This document shows positions 38,379 to 46,428 of a stretch of 51,358 nt of DNA, one piece after another. Source of the stretch: a virus (taxonomy: Duplodnaviria > Caudoviricetes). The stretch's first letter is position 1, and every line of letters begins with the position of its first letter. The position numbers and the translations under genes are program-made. The stretch is taken from the IMG/VR virus record IMGVR_UViG_3300030616_000032, positions 1-51,358 of that record; one strand, written 5' to 3'. Under the pieces are notes generated by a model that worked only from the letters and a program-made list of their open reading frames with translations, searched no databases and was not told the origin of the DNA.

Positions 38379-38560
38379 AGCTCCACAATGCTTGCGCTCA
38401 GAACCGCGTACTTATGCTCGGCCAGTTTGACCGTTCCGGTATAATCCTCGCCGTCCTTCATGGGGTTCTTCAGCAGGACCTCTCGCATTGCGTCCAACAT
38501 TCTCTCTACCTCTTTCTTGTATTCGACGATAGTTTGGTCAATGTCATATTCGCTCATCAC
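38375..38560 (-). CDS. Hypothetical protein
   Basis: Coupled ORF with RBS. Confidence 0.6.
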   Translation of the reverse strand: MMSEYDIDQTIVEYKKEVERMLDAMREVLLKNPMKDGEDYTGTVKLAEHKYAVLSASIVEL

Positions 38561-38859
38561 AGCTCCTCCTCTGTAATCTCCCCCCGTTTGAACGCCTCGC
38601 GCCGCTTCCGGCTCTCCTCCAGCTTCTTGCGGTCCTCACGCTGCTGCCGGTTCGTCTGATCCTTCCGGAACACCTTCTCCGTGTGCGCCTGGATTGACTC
38701 GCGACCGGCCACCGCAATACATGCGTCCACGACAAACCGGCTCAACGAGACACCTGCCCGATCCGCCAACTCTTGTATGGCGTCAAGCTCCGACGGCAGC
38801 AATCGCGCCCGAATTGAACACGAACGCCTCAGCGCGGCTGGTAACTTCGGTCGTACCAT
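38557..38859 (-). CDS. Ribbon-helix-helix (MobC/Arc-like) DNA-binding protein
   Basis: IRARL.PSELDAIQELADRAGVSLSRFV. Confidence 0.7.
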   Translation of the reverse strand: MVRPKLPAALRRSCSIRARLLPSELDAIQELADRAGVSLSRFVVDACIAVAGRESIQAHTEKVFRKDQTNRQQREDRKKLEESRKRREAFKRGEITEEEL

Positions 38860-38860
38860 A

Positions 38861-39295
38861 TCAGTCTCCTTCAAGCAGTTCTGGATTCTCGTAGATGTTG
38901 CCGACTACCTCAATTTGCTCCGGCACCATGCAGTGTAGTGCGATCCCGCCAAGATAGAAAGATCCGCGACTAAATGTCACGCTGCCCCTATCGCCTTGAC
39001 CTTGATCATTGCTGTTGAGCAAGCAAACGAAGTCGGCCGTGTCCCCCTCGTATATCTCCTTGCCATCCTTGTCCTTGAGGCCGGTGTATTGCATTAGATG
39101 ATACTCTGGCGTTTCTTCCTCTATGCGCCCTATTTTGCATGAGCAATGCCCTTGTCCCACAGCTTTGGGCGGGTTAGTTTCGTATAGCCGACCAGCTTCA
39201 ATTTTGCCCATACCTATCCAGTTATAGTACATCTGGCCAAAATACACCATGCTCTTCCACTTTGGCACCCACGCCCTGAACTTGATCTCACGCAT
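38861..39295 (-). CDS. YopX-family protein
   Basis: MREIKFRAW, MQYTGLKDKDGKEIYEGD, EVVGNIYENPELL. Confidence 0.92.
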   Translation of the reverse strand: MREIKFRAWVPKWKSMVYFGQMYYNWIGMGKIEAGRLYETNPPKAVGQGHCSCKIGRIEEETPEYHLMQYTGLKDKDGKEIYEGDTADFVCLLNSNDQGQGDRGSVTFSRGSFYLGGIALHCMVPEQIEVVGNIYENPELLEGD

Positions 39296-39305
39296 CAGCC
39301 GGCTC

Positions 39306-39437
39306 CTAATTGATACTGCGGGTTTTCTTCCAGACGGTCGTTACCTCTTCTTTGGTCAGGCATATCGGAATAAAGCCTCTCCCGTATTTCCGAATTTGGA
39401 AAATAAGATTCCAGATCAGTCGGCGTCTACGGATCAT
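39306..39437 (-). CDS. Small basic protein (43 aa)
   Basis: Hand translation MIRRRRLIWNL...; AGGAG RBS. Confidence 0.45.
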   Translation of the reverse strand: MIRRRRLIWNLIFQIRKYGRGFIPICLTKEEVTTVWKKTRSIN

Positions 39438-39451
39438 CCGCTTCTCCTGTT

Positions 39452-39558
39452 AAAAAGCGGGCCGGGCAGGGATTGGCTTAGACTCTCAATGAGCGCTAAT
39501 TTACAGGGGGTCTGTCGGCCCCCAATGACAGAATCACCGTTTACCCCGTCACCGGCCC
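39452..39558 (-). ncRNA. Structured element with closing stem and T-tract
   Basis: GGGCCGGTGACGGGG...CCCTGCCCGGCCC then TTTTT; internal GGGGG/CCCCC hairpin. Confidence 0.4.
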
Positions 39559-39888
39559 TTTGAATCTCTGGTCGAGGTGGGCTTTATCGGCGTCACGTCA
39601 ACACCCGTTTCCGAGCCCCATAGCTTCCCGTGCACGGTACACAATAGGCCTCCTGGCCGAACCTCGACATATACACTTGGAAACAGTATGAACCATGATC
39701 TGCGGTATGGCAAATGTTTCTGTGGGACAACTGGGGAACGTTTGGCAAACATTTTTGAAAACCCTAGGTGACAAAAAATGGCAGGGGTAAAAAATGGTAG
39801 AAAATTTTGGGGGGCTATGTAGTAGTACCTGCTCGACCGGGGGCGGGGTCGGGGTTCAACTTCTGTGCAGCAAGCTTCAAAAAAAACT

Positions 39889-39985
39889 CCTCTGTGCCTC
39901 TGTGCCTCTGTACGTGCCGCCCTGCCCTGTGCCCTGCGCCCTGGCGGCTGCCCTCCTGTGCTCTGCTGCGCCCTCTGTGTGCCTG
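39889..39985. repeat. Degenerate CTGTGCC heptamer array
   Basis: Multiple imperfect ctgtgcc/ctgcgcc copies. Confidence 0.7.
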
Positions 39986-40113
39986 CATGGTCACAATGAC
40001 AGGTGCCCATATCAGCCCATACTGCCCGTTTAGGCACTGAACAAAACCAGCCCGAGGCGTTGTCAGAATGCCCGTTGATCATAACCGCTTGTACCTGTGG
40101 GAGTTATGCCTGA

Positions 40114-40141
40114 ACGTCCGATAACATTCATTACGTTAGGT
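40114..40141. other. dif-like XerC/D recombination site
   Basis: ACGTCCGATAA-CATTCA-TTACGTTAGGT (11-6-11) vs E. coli dif GGTGCGCATAA-TGTATA-TTATGTTAAAT. Confidence 0.55.
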
Positions 40142-40261
40142 TAGCAGCGCAACTGAGCCCTTTCGTTACGTGATTGTAACAAAGAACGGGGCAAAACGTT
40201 ACGATTCGCAGACTAATTGCTTGAAATTGTTACGATATCCCCATAATCCCCCTCTTAAACG

Positions 40262-40385
40262 TTCTTTCCTGTTCCACTTTCCTTTCTTCGTTCCTTTCTT
40301 CTTTCTTCTTTCTTCTTTCCCTTCTTCTCTTCTCTTCGTTCTCTTCTTCTCTTTTCCTCTCTCTCTCTTCTCTTCTTCTTCTCTT
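40262..40385. repeat. Polypyrimidine low-complexity tract
   Basis: ~120 nt almost exclusively C/T. Confidence 0.9.
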
Positions 40386-40414
40386 ATACGTTTAAGAAGA
40401 AGATAAGAAGGGAG

Positions 40415-40447
40415 AACGTATAATAAACGTAACGTATAATAAACGTA
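40415..40447. repeat. Tandem 16-mer AACGTATAATAAACGT x2
   Basis: Direct reading. Confidence 0.85.
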
Positions 40448-40479
40448 AGAGCTGAACCTGGATTTATTTTGTTTTGTGG

Positions 40480-40507
40480 TTGATTTTTGCCCTGGAGGCG
40501 GCATTAT
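40480..40507 (+). promoter_or_regulatory. Possible early promoter
   Basis: TTGATT-16 nt-CATTAT upstream of first plus-strand gene. Confidence 0.35.
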
Positions 40508-40562
40508 GGGGGTGTAATCAGGACGGGCAAGACTTCAGGACACTTTTAGAAAGGGCAAGAGA

Positions 40563-40763
40563 ATGAAAACGGATAAACAGGGTTGCTCAACGTGTCAGGC
40601 TGGCACGGAGCAATACGAGCACTTCACGATGAACGGGCTGGAACTGATCCAGTACGACTACAGGACTGACAGCGGCAAGCTGTTCTCATGCGTCACGGGG
40701 AGCCTGTACAATGCGAGAGCACGGCGCGACAATTGGCTCAACAGGCAGAAGGAAGCCAAATAA
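40563..40763 (+). CDS. Early hypothetical protein
   Basis: AAAGGG RBS; first gene of plus-strand block. Confidence 0.7.
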   Translation: MKTDKQGCSTCQAGTEQYEHFTMNGLELIQYDYRTDSGKLFSCVTGSLYNARARRDNWLNRQKEAK

Positions 40764-40786
40764 CACTTTTTGACAAGGGGTAGAAC

Positions 40787-41119
40787 ATGGACTACGATAA
40801 ACAGAAAGCGCGTGAAGCCGTCAAGGCAACGGCGAAGCATACGCCGACACTGTATTTCCGCACACAGCCAGACGAGTGGAACGCAACCGCTGATTGCGGC
40901 TGTGAGATTGTCACAGAAGAAACGGGCTGTATAGCATTCAGGCAGTGTCCACTCCACGCCGCCGCGCCTGACCTGCTGGCAATGCTTGAAACCGTGGATC
41001 ATGTATTTGCAAGTAGATTCTGGCTTGTAAAAGGGTTTGACAAGATAAGCAAGCTGGACTATGGAAAACTGCGCAATGATATCCGCGCAACACTGGTAAA
41101 GGCCAGAAAGGAGGCATAG
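40787..41119 (+). CDS. Early hypothetical protein (AAAPDLL motif)
   Basis: LHAAAPDLLAML motif common in small phage proteins. Confidence 0.7.
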   Translation: MDYDKQKAREAVKATAKHTPTLYFRTQPDEWNATADCGCEIVTEETGCIAFRQCPLHAAAPDLLAMLETVDHVFASRFWLVKGFDKISKLDYGKLRNDIRATLVKARKEA

Positions 41120-41123
41120 CACC

Positions 41124-41264
41124 ATGGCGCGATATGACGGAAAAAACACCAAACAATGCAGTGTCAACAAGTTTCACGGTCAAGCGGTGGGCAGAGTGCG
41201 CATTAATGGCAAGCGCGTGCCCGTTTGCCTTAAATGTCAAAAACTGGCAAAGGCCAAACCATGA
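41124..41264 (+). CDS. Small basic protein (46 aa)
   Basis: Hand translation MARYDGKNTKQC...CLKC; AAGGAGG RBS. Confidence 0.55.
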   Translation: MARYDGKNTKQCSVNKFHGQAVGRVRINGKRVPVCLKCQKLAKAKP

Positions 41265-41380
41265 CAGACGCAATACTAGACTGCATGGATCACCTGCGCG
41301 ACAGGTACGGACTGGATGAATACGAGGCTTTATGCCTCGCGGAATTGCTTTACGAACTTGGTATCTTGGAAAGGGCATAG
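41261..41380 (+). CDS. Small acidic protein (39 aa)
   Basis: Hand translation MTDAILDCMDHLRDRYG...; ATGA overlap. Confidence 0.5.
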   Translation: MTDAILDCMDHLRDRYGLDEYEALCLAELLYELGILERA

Positions 41381-41381
41381 C

Positions 41382-41708
41382 ATGTACAAAACAGTATCAG
41401 AACACGATTTCTGCGAGAGATTCCGCAAGATACGGCCAAACAGCTTCAGCTATGCAGGGCTGAGGGCTCTGTTCAATTACTTGGAGGAGTACGAGGAGAG
41501 TACGGGCGAGAATATAGAGCTTGACGTGATCGCCCTCTGTTGCGACTTTGCCGAGTATGACACGGCACTGGAGGCCGCAGAGGAGTACGGATACGAACCG
41601 GATGAGGACGAGAGTCGCGAAGACCAGGAAGAGGCGGCCACAGAATGGCTGAACGAGCGCACCACAGTGATTCCCGTTGGCGATAGCGTGATCCTGTCCA
41701 GTTTCTAA
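41382..41708 (+). CDS. Acidic early protein, possible anti-restriction/DNA mimic
   Basis: FSYAGLRALFNYLEEYE...ELDVIALCCDFAEY; strongly acidic. Confidence 0.65.
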   Translation: MYKTVSEHDFCERFRKIRPNSFSYAGLRALFNYLEEYEESTGENIELDVIALCCDFAEYDTALEAAEEYGYEPDEDESREDQEEAATEWLNERTTVIPVGDSVILSSF

Positions 41709-41792
41709 TCGACCCCCTGAGAGCGTCCGGCACACGCTGGGCGCTCGACTGGTGGCCGATTGAACAGGGACTTTCATAGAAAGGGCGTAAAC

Positions 41793-41918
41793 GTGGCAGA
41801 ACAGAAAACACGTGAACAGATAATCATTGATTGGCTCCTGGGGCTGCGCTGGCCGATTTCGCGGGAGGATTTCGAGGAGTTGCAGAAGGCGGCAAGGGAG
41901 GTGCAGGATGAAAGTTGA
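41793..41918 (+). CDS. Small hypothetical protein (41 aa)
   Basis: GTG start with AAAGGG RBS. Confidence 0.5.
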   Translation: MAEQKTREQIIIDWLLGLRWPISREDFEELQKAAREVQDES

Positions 41919-42111
41919 CCTACGATGCGACGAGGAATCAATGAAGGCAATACGCCAGATGATAGAAGAGCGTATTGACGCGCATATCGAGGAGAACCCG
42001 GGCATGTATTCGGGTGCACAATTGGAGGAATTGCGGCCCGTATGGCGGAAGCATGCGCTTGAACGGCTGGAGGAATCGGGTTTAATGGTTTTTGACACTG
42101 AGGAGGAATGA
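41908..42111 (+). CDS. Hypothetical protein
   Basis: GGAGG RBS, start MKVDL. Confidence 0.6.
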   Translation: MKVDLRCDEESMKAIRQMIEERIDAHIEENPGMYSGAQLEELRPVWRKHALERLEESGLMVFDTEEE

Positions 42112-42114
42112 ACG

Positions 42115-42543
42115 ATGAAAGTTGTAGTAAATAGGTGTTTTGGTGGTTTCTCAATCAGCATAGAAGCTGCTGAATTTATGGCTAAACGGGGGAACAAACA
42201 GGCTCAAGCAGAGTTGAATGAACACAGGGAAGAGCGAAAGGTGTACGAGCATTACAGAGACACCGGAAAGTGGAAAGGAGGCAAACACGGTCAAAGTTTT
42301 GCCGATATTGCCCTGAGATATGGCCATCTCAACACATTTCATGGCTATGGCTACACCAAAGAACATCGCAACGGGTATGACCGAAGCGATCCTGACCTTG
42401 TGGCCGCTGTTGAGAATCTCGGTGAGAAATCTGGTGGTGAATGCGCCAATCTCGCCGTCGTTGAGATCCCGGACGACGTGGAATGGGAAATCGAAGAGTA
42501 CGATGGTCAAGAGTGGGTGTCAGAAAAACACAGGACTTGGTAA
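42115..42543 (+). CDS. Conserved phage hypothetical protein
   Basis: VVNRCFGGF...DPDLVAAVE.LG...VEIPDDVEW.IEEYDG pattern. Confidence 0.8.
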   Translation: MKVVVNRCFGGFSISIEAAEFMAKRGNKQAQAELNEHREERKVYEHYRDTGKWKGGKHGQSFADIALRYGHLNTFHGYGYTKEHRNGYDRSDPDLVAAVENLGEKSGGECANLAVVEIPDDVEWEIEEYDGQEWVSEKHRTW

Positions 42544-42549
42544 GGAGGA

Positions 42550-42738
42550 ATGAAGATGAACGCATATCTGTGGACGGTGCTTGTTTTGCAATCTGTTAGC
42601 ATTCTGTTGGGGGCCCTTGTGCTGGGCGCACGGCTGAACGGGTTTGTGCCGGAGCCTTTGGGCCTTGGCCTTAGCTTTGTGCGTGAGATAGTCGCAATTG
42701 GCTTTTTGGTCTGGACAGCGGTTCTGCTGTTCGGATGA
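42550..42738 (+). CDS. Small two-TM membrane protein
   Basis: Two hydrophobic helices, AAGGAGG RBS. Confidence 0.65.
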   Translation: MKMNAYLWTVLVLQSVSILLGALVLGARLNGFVPEPLGLGLSFVREIVAIGFLVWTAVLLFG

Positions 42739-42767
42739 TATGGTTTTTGATACTGAGGAGGAATGAC

Positions 42768-43079
42768 ATGAAAAGCGAATACGAACTTGCAAAGAAAGAG
42801 TGCGCGCTGTGGATATTCAATGTTGATGTTGGGCGGAAGCACTGTCCCATGACGTTGAGGTACACACCAAAGGACGGCTACACAGGGGGAGAATGTAAGT
42901 ACAAGGACGGAACGTGCGCCTTTTTCACCCCGCGCTCTGCCAGGATACGACGCTGCCCGGACTGCGGGGAACTGCTGAAACCCAGACAGCGGTACTGCGG
43001 GAAATGCACGATCAAAAGACGGAAGAAAACCAAGAGAGAATCAAAGCGCGGCAAAACCAACTTGCCAGTAGACAGTTAA
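42768..43079 (+). CDS. Basic zinc-finger protein
   Basis: CPDCG...YCGKC, Arg/Lys tail. Confidence 0.65.
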   Translation: MKSEYELAKKECALWIFNVDVGRKHCPMTLRYTPKDGYTGGECKYKDGTCAFFTPRSARIRRCPDCGELLKPRQRYCGKCTIKRRKKTKRESKRGKTNLPVDS

Positions 43080-43200
43080 CGCATTTTTGGCCGTCATAAG
43101 TCGTTGAAATGACAGCACCTAATTTTCGGGTTTTTTCAAGTATGATATACCCTACACGAAAGCCGTTTTTCGCGGTTAACTGTCCCCCTGTTTTGAGGGC

Positions 43201-43917
43201 TTGAAAATGAAAAAACAAACCGCCGTTCTGTATGCGCGATTCAGCCGGGGGTGGCCCTCCGCGGACAAGTGCGAGAGCGTCGAGTCTCAGCTAGAAGACT
43301 TGCGCCGATTCTGCATGACCAACAACATCTGGATGGCAAATGAGTTCAGCGACAAGGCGCTGTCGGCAAATGCCGAGTGCACGGGCGTGTGGGATGCGAT
43401 TCATGCGCTGAAAAAGGGCTGGCTGCTGATAGTCCGGTCGTTTGATCGTCTGCCGCACGACGATGTGTTGTTGCGCGTCATACGGCACAAGCTTGATCAG
43501 AACGGCTGTCGGATAATGTCGATAACCGAGCCGGATATCGTCGAGGATGCGTCCGAAAAGCGGTTTGTCCGAAACATCATCCAACGTGTATCAATCTACA
43601 ACATGGAGATCACACGGGCCAGAAACAGGGCGAAATTACGCAAGCGTCGGTTTAAGAGCAGCCGCTATTGCCCGTATGGATGGAAGCCAAGCAAAGAGAG
43701 AGACGGGACGATAGTGCGCGAACCGAAAGAGCGGGCCGTCGTGGACATGATCGTTATGTACTACAAGCAGGGCAAAAAGCGACAACAGATCGCCGATCTG
43801 CTTGTGAAAAACGGCGTGAGGACCCGCAACGGAGGGAAATGGGATCATACCCAGATCAGTCGAATCCTGGCGCGGGAGGGATTTCCGCGTGGGCATAAGA
43901 TTTCACAAGAGGGGTAG
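43201..43917 (+). CDS. Serine recombinase (resolvase domain plus recombinase-type C-domain)
   Basis: YARFS catalytic Ser, SQLEDL, SFDRL, PYGW, IADLL..NGVRTRNGGKW. Confidence 0.85.
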   Translation: MKMKKQTAVLYARFSRGWPSADKCESVESQLEDLRRFCMTNNIWMANEFSDKALSANAECTGVWDAIHALKKGWLLIVRSFDRLPHDDVLLRVIRHKLDQNGCRIMSITEPDIVEDASEKRFVRNIIQRVSIYNMEITRARNRAKLRKRRFKSSRYCPYGWKPSKERDGTIVREPKERAVVDMIVMYYKQGKKRQQIADLLVKNGVRTRNGGKWDHTQISRILAREGFPRGHKISQEG

Positions 43918-43918
43918 C

Positions 43919-44269
43919 CTATTCCTTGTCCATAACAAACGCGAACACGTCGCTGTCAACGGGCTTCACATAGGGCCATACCTTCTTGAGCGCGGCCATG
44001 CGCCGGTAGATACCCTGATTTCTGAGCTCAAGGCGGCGGTAGTAGTCGTAGATTTCTTCTTTATCAACGGCGACGTAGAATCCGCGGTCGCACGATATGA
44101 CCGGCAGCAGCTCCTTTTCCAGAAGATTCTCGCATGATTTTGTCACGCGCCTATATCCGGGTATCGGGGCGGGCATCAAGTACCGTATCTTCTGGGCCTT
44201 GATCGCATTCTCGGCCCCGCAGTGTCTGTCGCTCAACAATCGCCATATTGCAGATTCAAGCTCGTTCAT
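43919..44269 (-). CDS. Winged-HTH-like hypothetical protein
   Basis: GAENAI...PVISCDRGFYVA. Confidence 0.6.
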   Translation of the reverse strand: MNELESAIWRLLSDRHCGAENAIKAQKIRYLMPAPIPGYRRVTKSCENLLEKELLPVISCDRGFYVAVDKEEIYDYYRRLELRNQGIYRRMAALKKVWPYVKPVDSDVFAFVMDKE

Positions 44270-44393
44270 TTCGTGTCCTTTTCTTTAAGACAATGGCCAA
44301 CGCTTCTGACTCAGCCTCTTCACGGGAAAGCGCGCCATCATACTCCATTATCGCAGCTCGCTCTTCAAACTCTTCTTTTTCCTCCGGCGTCAT
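44256..44393 (-). CDS. Small phage protein with EERAAIMEYDG motif
   Basis: Hand translation FEERAAIMEYDGALSREEAE. Confidence 0.65.
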   Translation of the reverse strand: MTPEEKEEFEERAAIMEYDGALSREEAESEALAIVLKKRTRNERA

Positions 44394-44409
44394 ATCACAC
44401 ATTCATTGC

Positions 44410-44628
44410 TTACCTAACGCACTTGTATGTTATGGTGACGTTGTCTGAGCCCGAGTTGGTCGTCACCGTTGCGTCAAAGATTGAGCGCTGGAAGGCGCTG
44501 CACTTCGCGCAGAAGATCGGCGTCCATTTCGGATAGTCCGGCTCGACCGCTTTTGGGTCAAACAGCTCACCGCACTTATGGCAGTTTGTCATGCGGATCC
44601 ACTTCGAGAGTATGTCTGCGTTCTTCAT
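44410..44628 (-). CDS. Small zinc-finger protein
   Basis: CHKC...CAKC. Confidence 0.6.
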   Translation of the reverse strand: MKNADILSKWIRMTNCHKCGELFDPKAVEPDYPKWTPIFCAKCSAFQRSIFDATVTTNSGSDNVTITYKCVR

Positions 44629-45062
44629 CCCTCATCCTCCCATTGAGACAACGTTACAACGTATCCCGGTGAACACTCGTCGGCGTACCGCTTCGCGCTG
44701 AACTTCTCCGCAATCTGAGCGTCGTCACCATACAGCAACCCATTGGCCGCGTCTAAAAAAAGTTTCTCCAAATTATCAATGTCAGGACGCTTGCTCGAGT
44801 ACGGTATCAGCCGCTGTTTCTTGGTGTGCGACTTCGGGCGCGGCAGGAAGACCGTCAGCTCTATCTTGATCGGTCCTTCCATCGGCGTCCAATCCGCGTC
44901 CAGCCGCTCTTGGATAAGCACCTGCAGACTGCGCTCGGCATTCTTTGTCTTGGACGGCGTATAGGCAATGCCGCGCTTGGTCATCCTGGGGCGTCCCTTT
45001 GCCACCGGGATATAGTGCAGATCGAAATGGTGAACAAGCGCCCACATACATTGCCCTTTCAA
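44625..45062 (-). CDS. rusA: RusA-family Holliday junction resolvase
   Basis: PVAKGRPR, RPDIDNLEK..LDA.NG.LYGDDAQI. Confidence 0.92.
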   Translation of the reverse strand: MKGQCMWALVHHFDLHYIPVAKGRPRMTKRGIAYTPSKTKNAERSLQVLIQERLDADWTPMEGPIKIELTVFLPRPKSHTKKQRLIPYSSKRPDIDNLEKLFLDAANGLLYGDDAQIAEKFSAKRYADECSPGYVVTLSQWEDEG

Positions 45063-45283
45063 AACGGTGTTTCAATGTCGTCCGGCGGCAAGTCCGGCTC
45101 TGCCTCGGGCTGGTCTGCCAGACAATCGCGGCAGATCAGCAGATCGTCATACCGCTCTATGTCTGGTGAATGCGGGGGGAACGTCTCGCCGCACATGTCG
45201 CACACCAGCTTTTCTTCTGGTGGGTTCAGATTGCCAAACGCGGCATTCCGCAGATTGCGCTCGTGACTGGCCTGCCAGTTCAT
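45059..45283 (-). CDS. Small zinc-finger protein
   Basis: CDMC...CRDC. Confidence 0.65.
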   Translation of the reverse strand: MNWQASHERNLRNAAFGNLNPPEEKLVCDMCGETFPPHSPDIERYDDLLICRDCLADQPEAEPDLPPDDIETPF

Positions 45284-45558
45284 GTCTGCTCCTTGTCAAC
45301 CAAGCTAATCTTGATCGCCTTCACCAATTCCTTCGCTGCCAATTCCTTGATTCCTCTCTCAAGACCAGTTCCCCATATCTCTCGATCCGAAATCAAATTC
45401 TGTATGCGCCTGTTCATGGATATTTGCGAAAACTGATCCCTAATGTACTCTTTCGCCACATCAAATACCGCCTTATGCGCCCATTCGCGGATATCCTCTT
45501 TGGTGATGCCAAGCTCGTTGTGCATGTAGTTCTTAAACATCTTCCATTTGTCGTTCAT
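45280..45558 (-). CDS. Hypothetical protein
   Basis: Start MNDKWK in boundary repeat with AAGGAG RBS. Confidence 0.65.
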   Translation of the reverse strand: MNDKWKMFKNYMHNELGITKEDIREWAHKAVFDVAKEYIRDQFSQISMNRRIQNLISDREIWGTGLERGIKELAAKELVKAIKISLVDKEQT

Positions 45559-45800
45559 GTCTGCTCCTTGTCGAGATCGGCGATCAACCTGCCAACCTGT
45601 GCTTGCAATCCATGTATAGTACACTTCGTCCAATCTATTGCGTGCATCCACTCAATCACCCGCTGTCTGGCGTTCCATGCTATCCGCAATTCGCACGTCC
45701 GTATGCTTTCAACCGTTGCATAGGCGCAACTGCATTGGCCGACACAATTCGTTGGGCACAAATCAAGGCTACACTTCAACAATTCCTGCTCCATGCTCAT
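45555..45800 (-). CDS. Cys-rich protein, paralog of 46191-46424
   Basis: LKC.L.LCP.N..G.C...YAT...I..C.LR..WNA. Confidence 0.6.
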   Translation of the reverse strand: MSMEQELLKCSLDLCPTNCVGQCSCAYATVESIRTCELRIAWNARQRVIEWMHAIDWTKCTIHGLQAQVGRLIADLDKEQT

Positions 45801-46015
45801 CCCCTTGCATCTTTCGGCGCTTGTCCTGCCGGTAATATGCGCCATGTCTTTGTGCGCCTCCAATACCCGCTGTACCCATCCATCTGTGCAGCAAGAACCG
45901 CCCTCGGATTTTCTGCGCAATAATGCCCCGTGTCAACGCAAGTGATGAACGGCATCCACCCTGTGTTTCTGTACTTTCTCCAAAGCGTGTATGAATCATG
46001 CTTTCTCTCTGTCAT
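45797..46015 (-). CDS. Hypothetical protein
   Basis: Start MTERKH within 38-bp repeat. Confidence 0.55.
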   Translation of the reverse strand: MTERKHDSYTLWRKYRNTGWMPFITCVDTGHYCAENPRAVLAAQMDGYSGYWRRTKTWRILPAGQAPKDARG

Positions 46016-46025
46016 ACTCACCCTT

Positions 46026-46136
46026 TCATGTTATAGCTGGCGGGGCAGGTCACGGCATGGGCAAGGACGCAGGATATGAGAACTACGCAACGCCCGTTGA
46101 GGCGTTTCCCACGCTACTGCCGCCGCCAGCATATAA
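46026..46136 (-). ncRNA. Inverted-repeat-closed structured element (family member B)
   Basis: GCTGGCGG(C)GGCAG / CTGCCCCGCCAGC stem enclosing a second stem and two hairpins. Confidence 0.55.
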
Positions 46137-46190
46137 TTCAACGACCTTGAAAGGCTTTGCATTTGTGACGCATAAGACACAACGAACAGT

Positions 46191-46424
46191 CTATACATCT
46201 GTGTTTTTGCATGCCAATATACGCTTTCTTAACGCATCCCTCAACGCCGCCGCCTCATCACGGGCCCTTTCGGATACGGGCTGATGGGCGTTCCATGATA
46301 CACGCAATTTACAACTCTGTATGGTTTTTTCTGTTGCATAATCACGATCACATCGTCCCATCCAATTCATAGGACACAGTTCAATGTCGCACTTCAACTC
46401 GTCCGGCTTGTCAATCATCTCCAT
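46191..46424 (-). CDS. Cys-rich protein, paralog of 45555-45800
   Basis: Shared motif; GAGGAG RBS. Confidence 0.6.
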   Translation of the reverse strand: MEMIDKPDELKCDIELCPMNWMGRCDRDYATEKTIQSCKLRVSWNAHQPVSERARDEAAALRDALRKRILACKNTDV

Positions 46425-46428
46425 CTCC

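Noticed and set aside
39549-40082. 177-aa minus-strand ORF
   Set aside because: Runs through heptamer repeats, no RBS or recognisable motif
40199-40504. Lys/Glu/Arg-rich ORF and its Phe/Ser-rich antisense ORF
   Set aside because: Translation artefacts of the polypyrimidine tract
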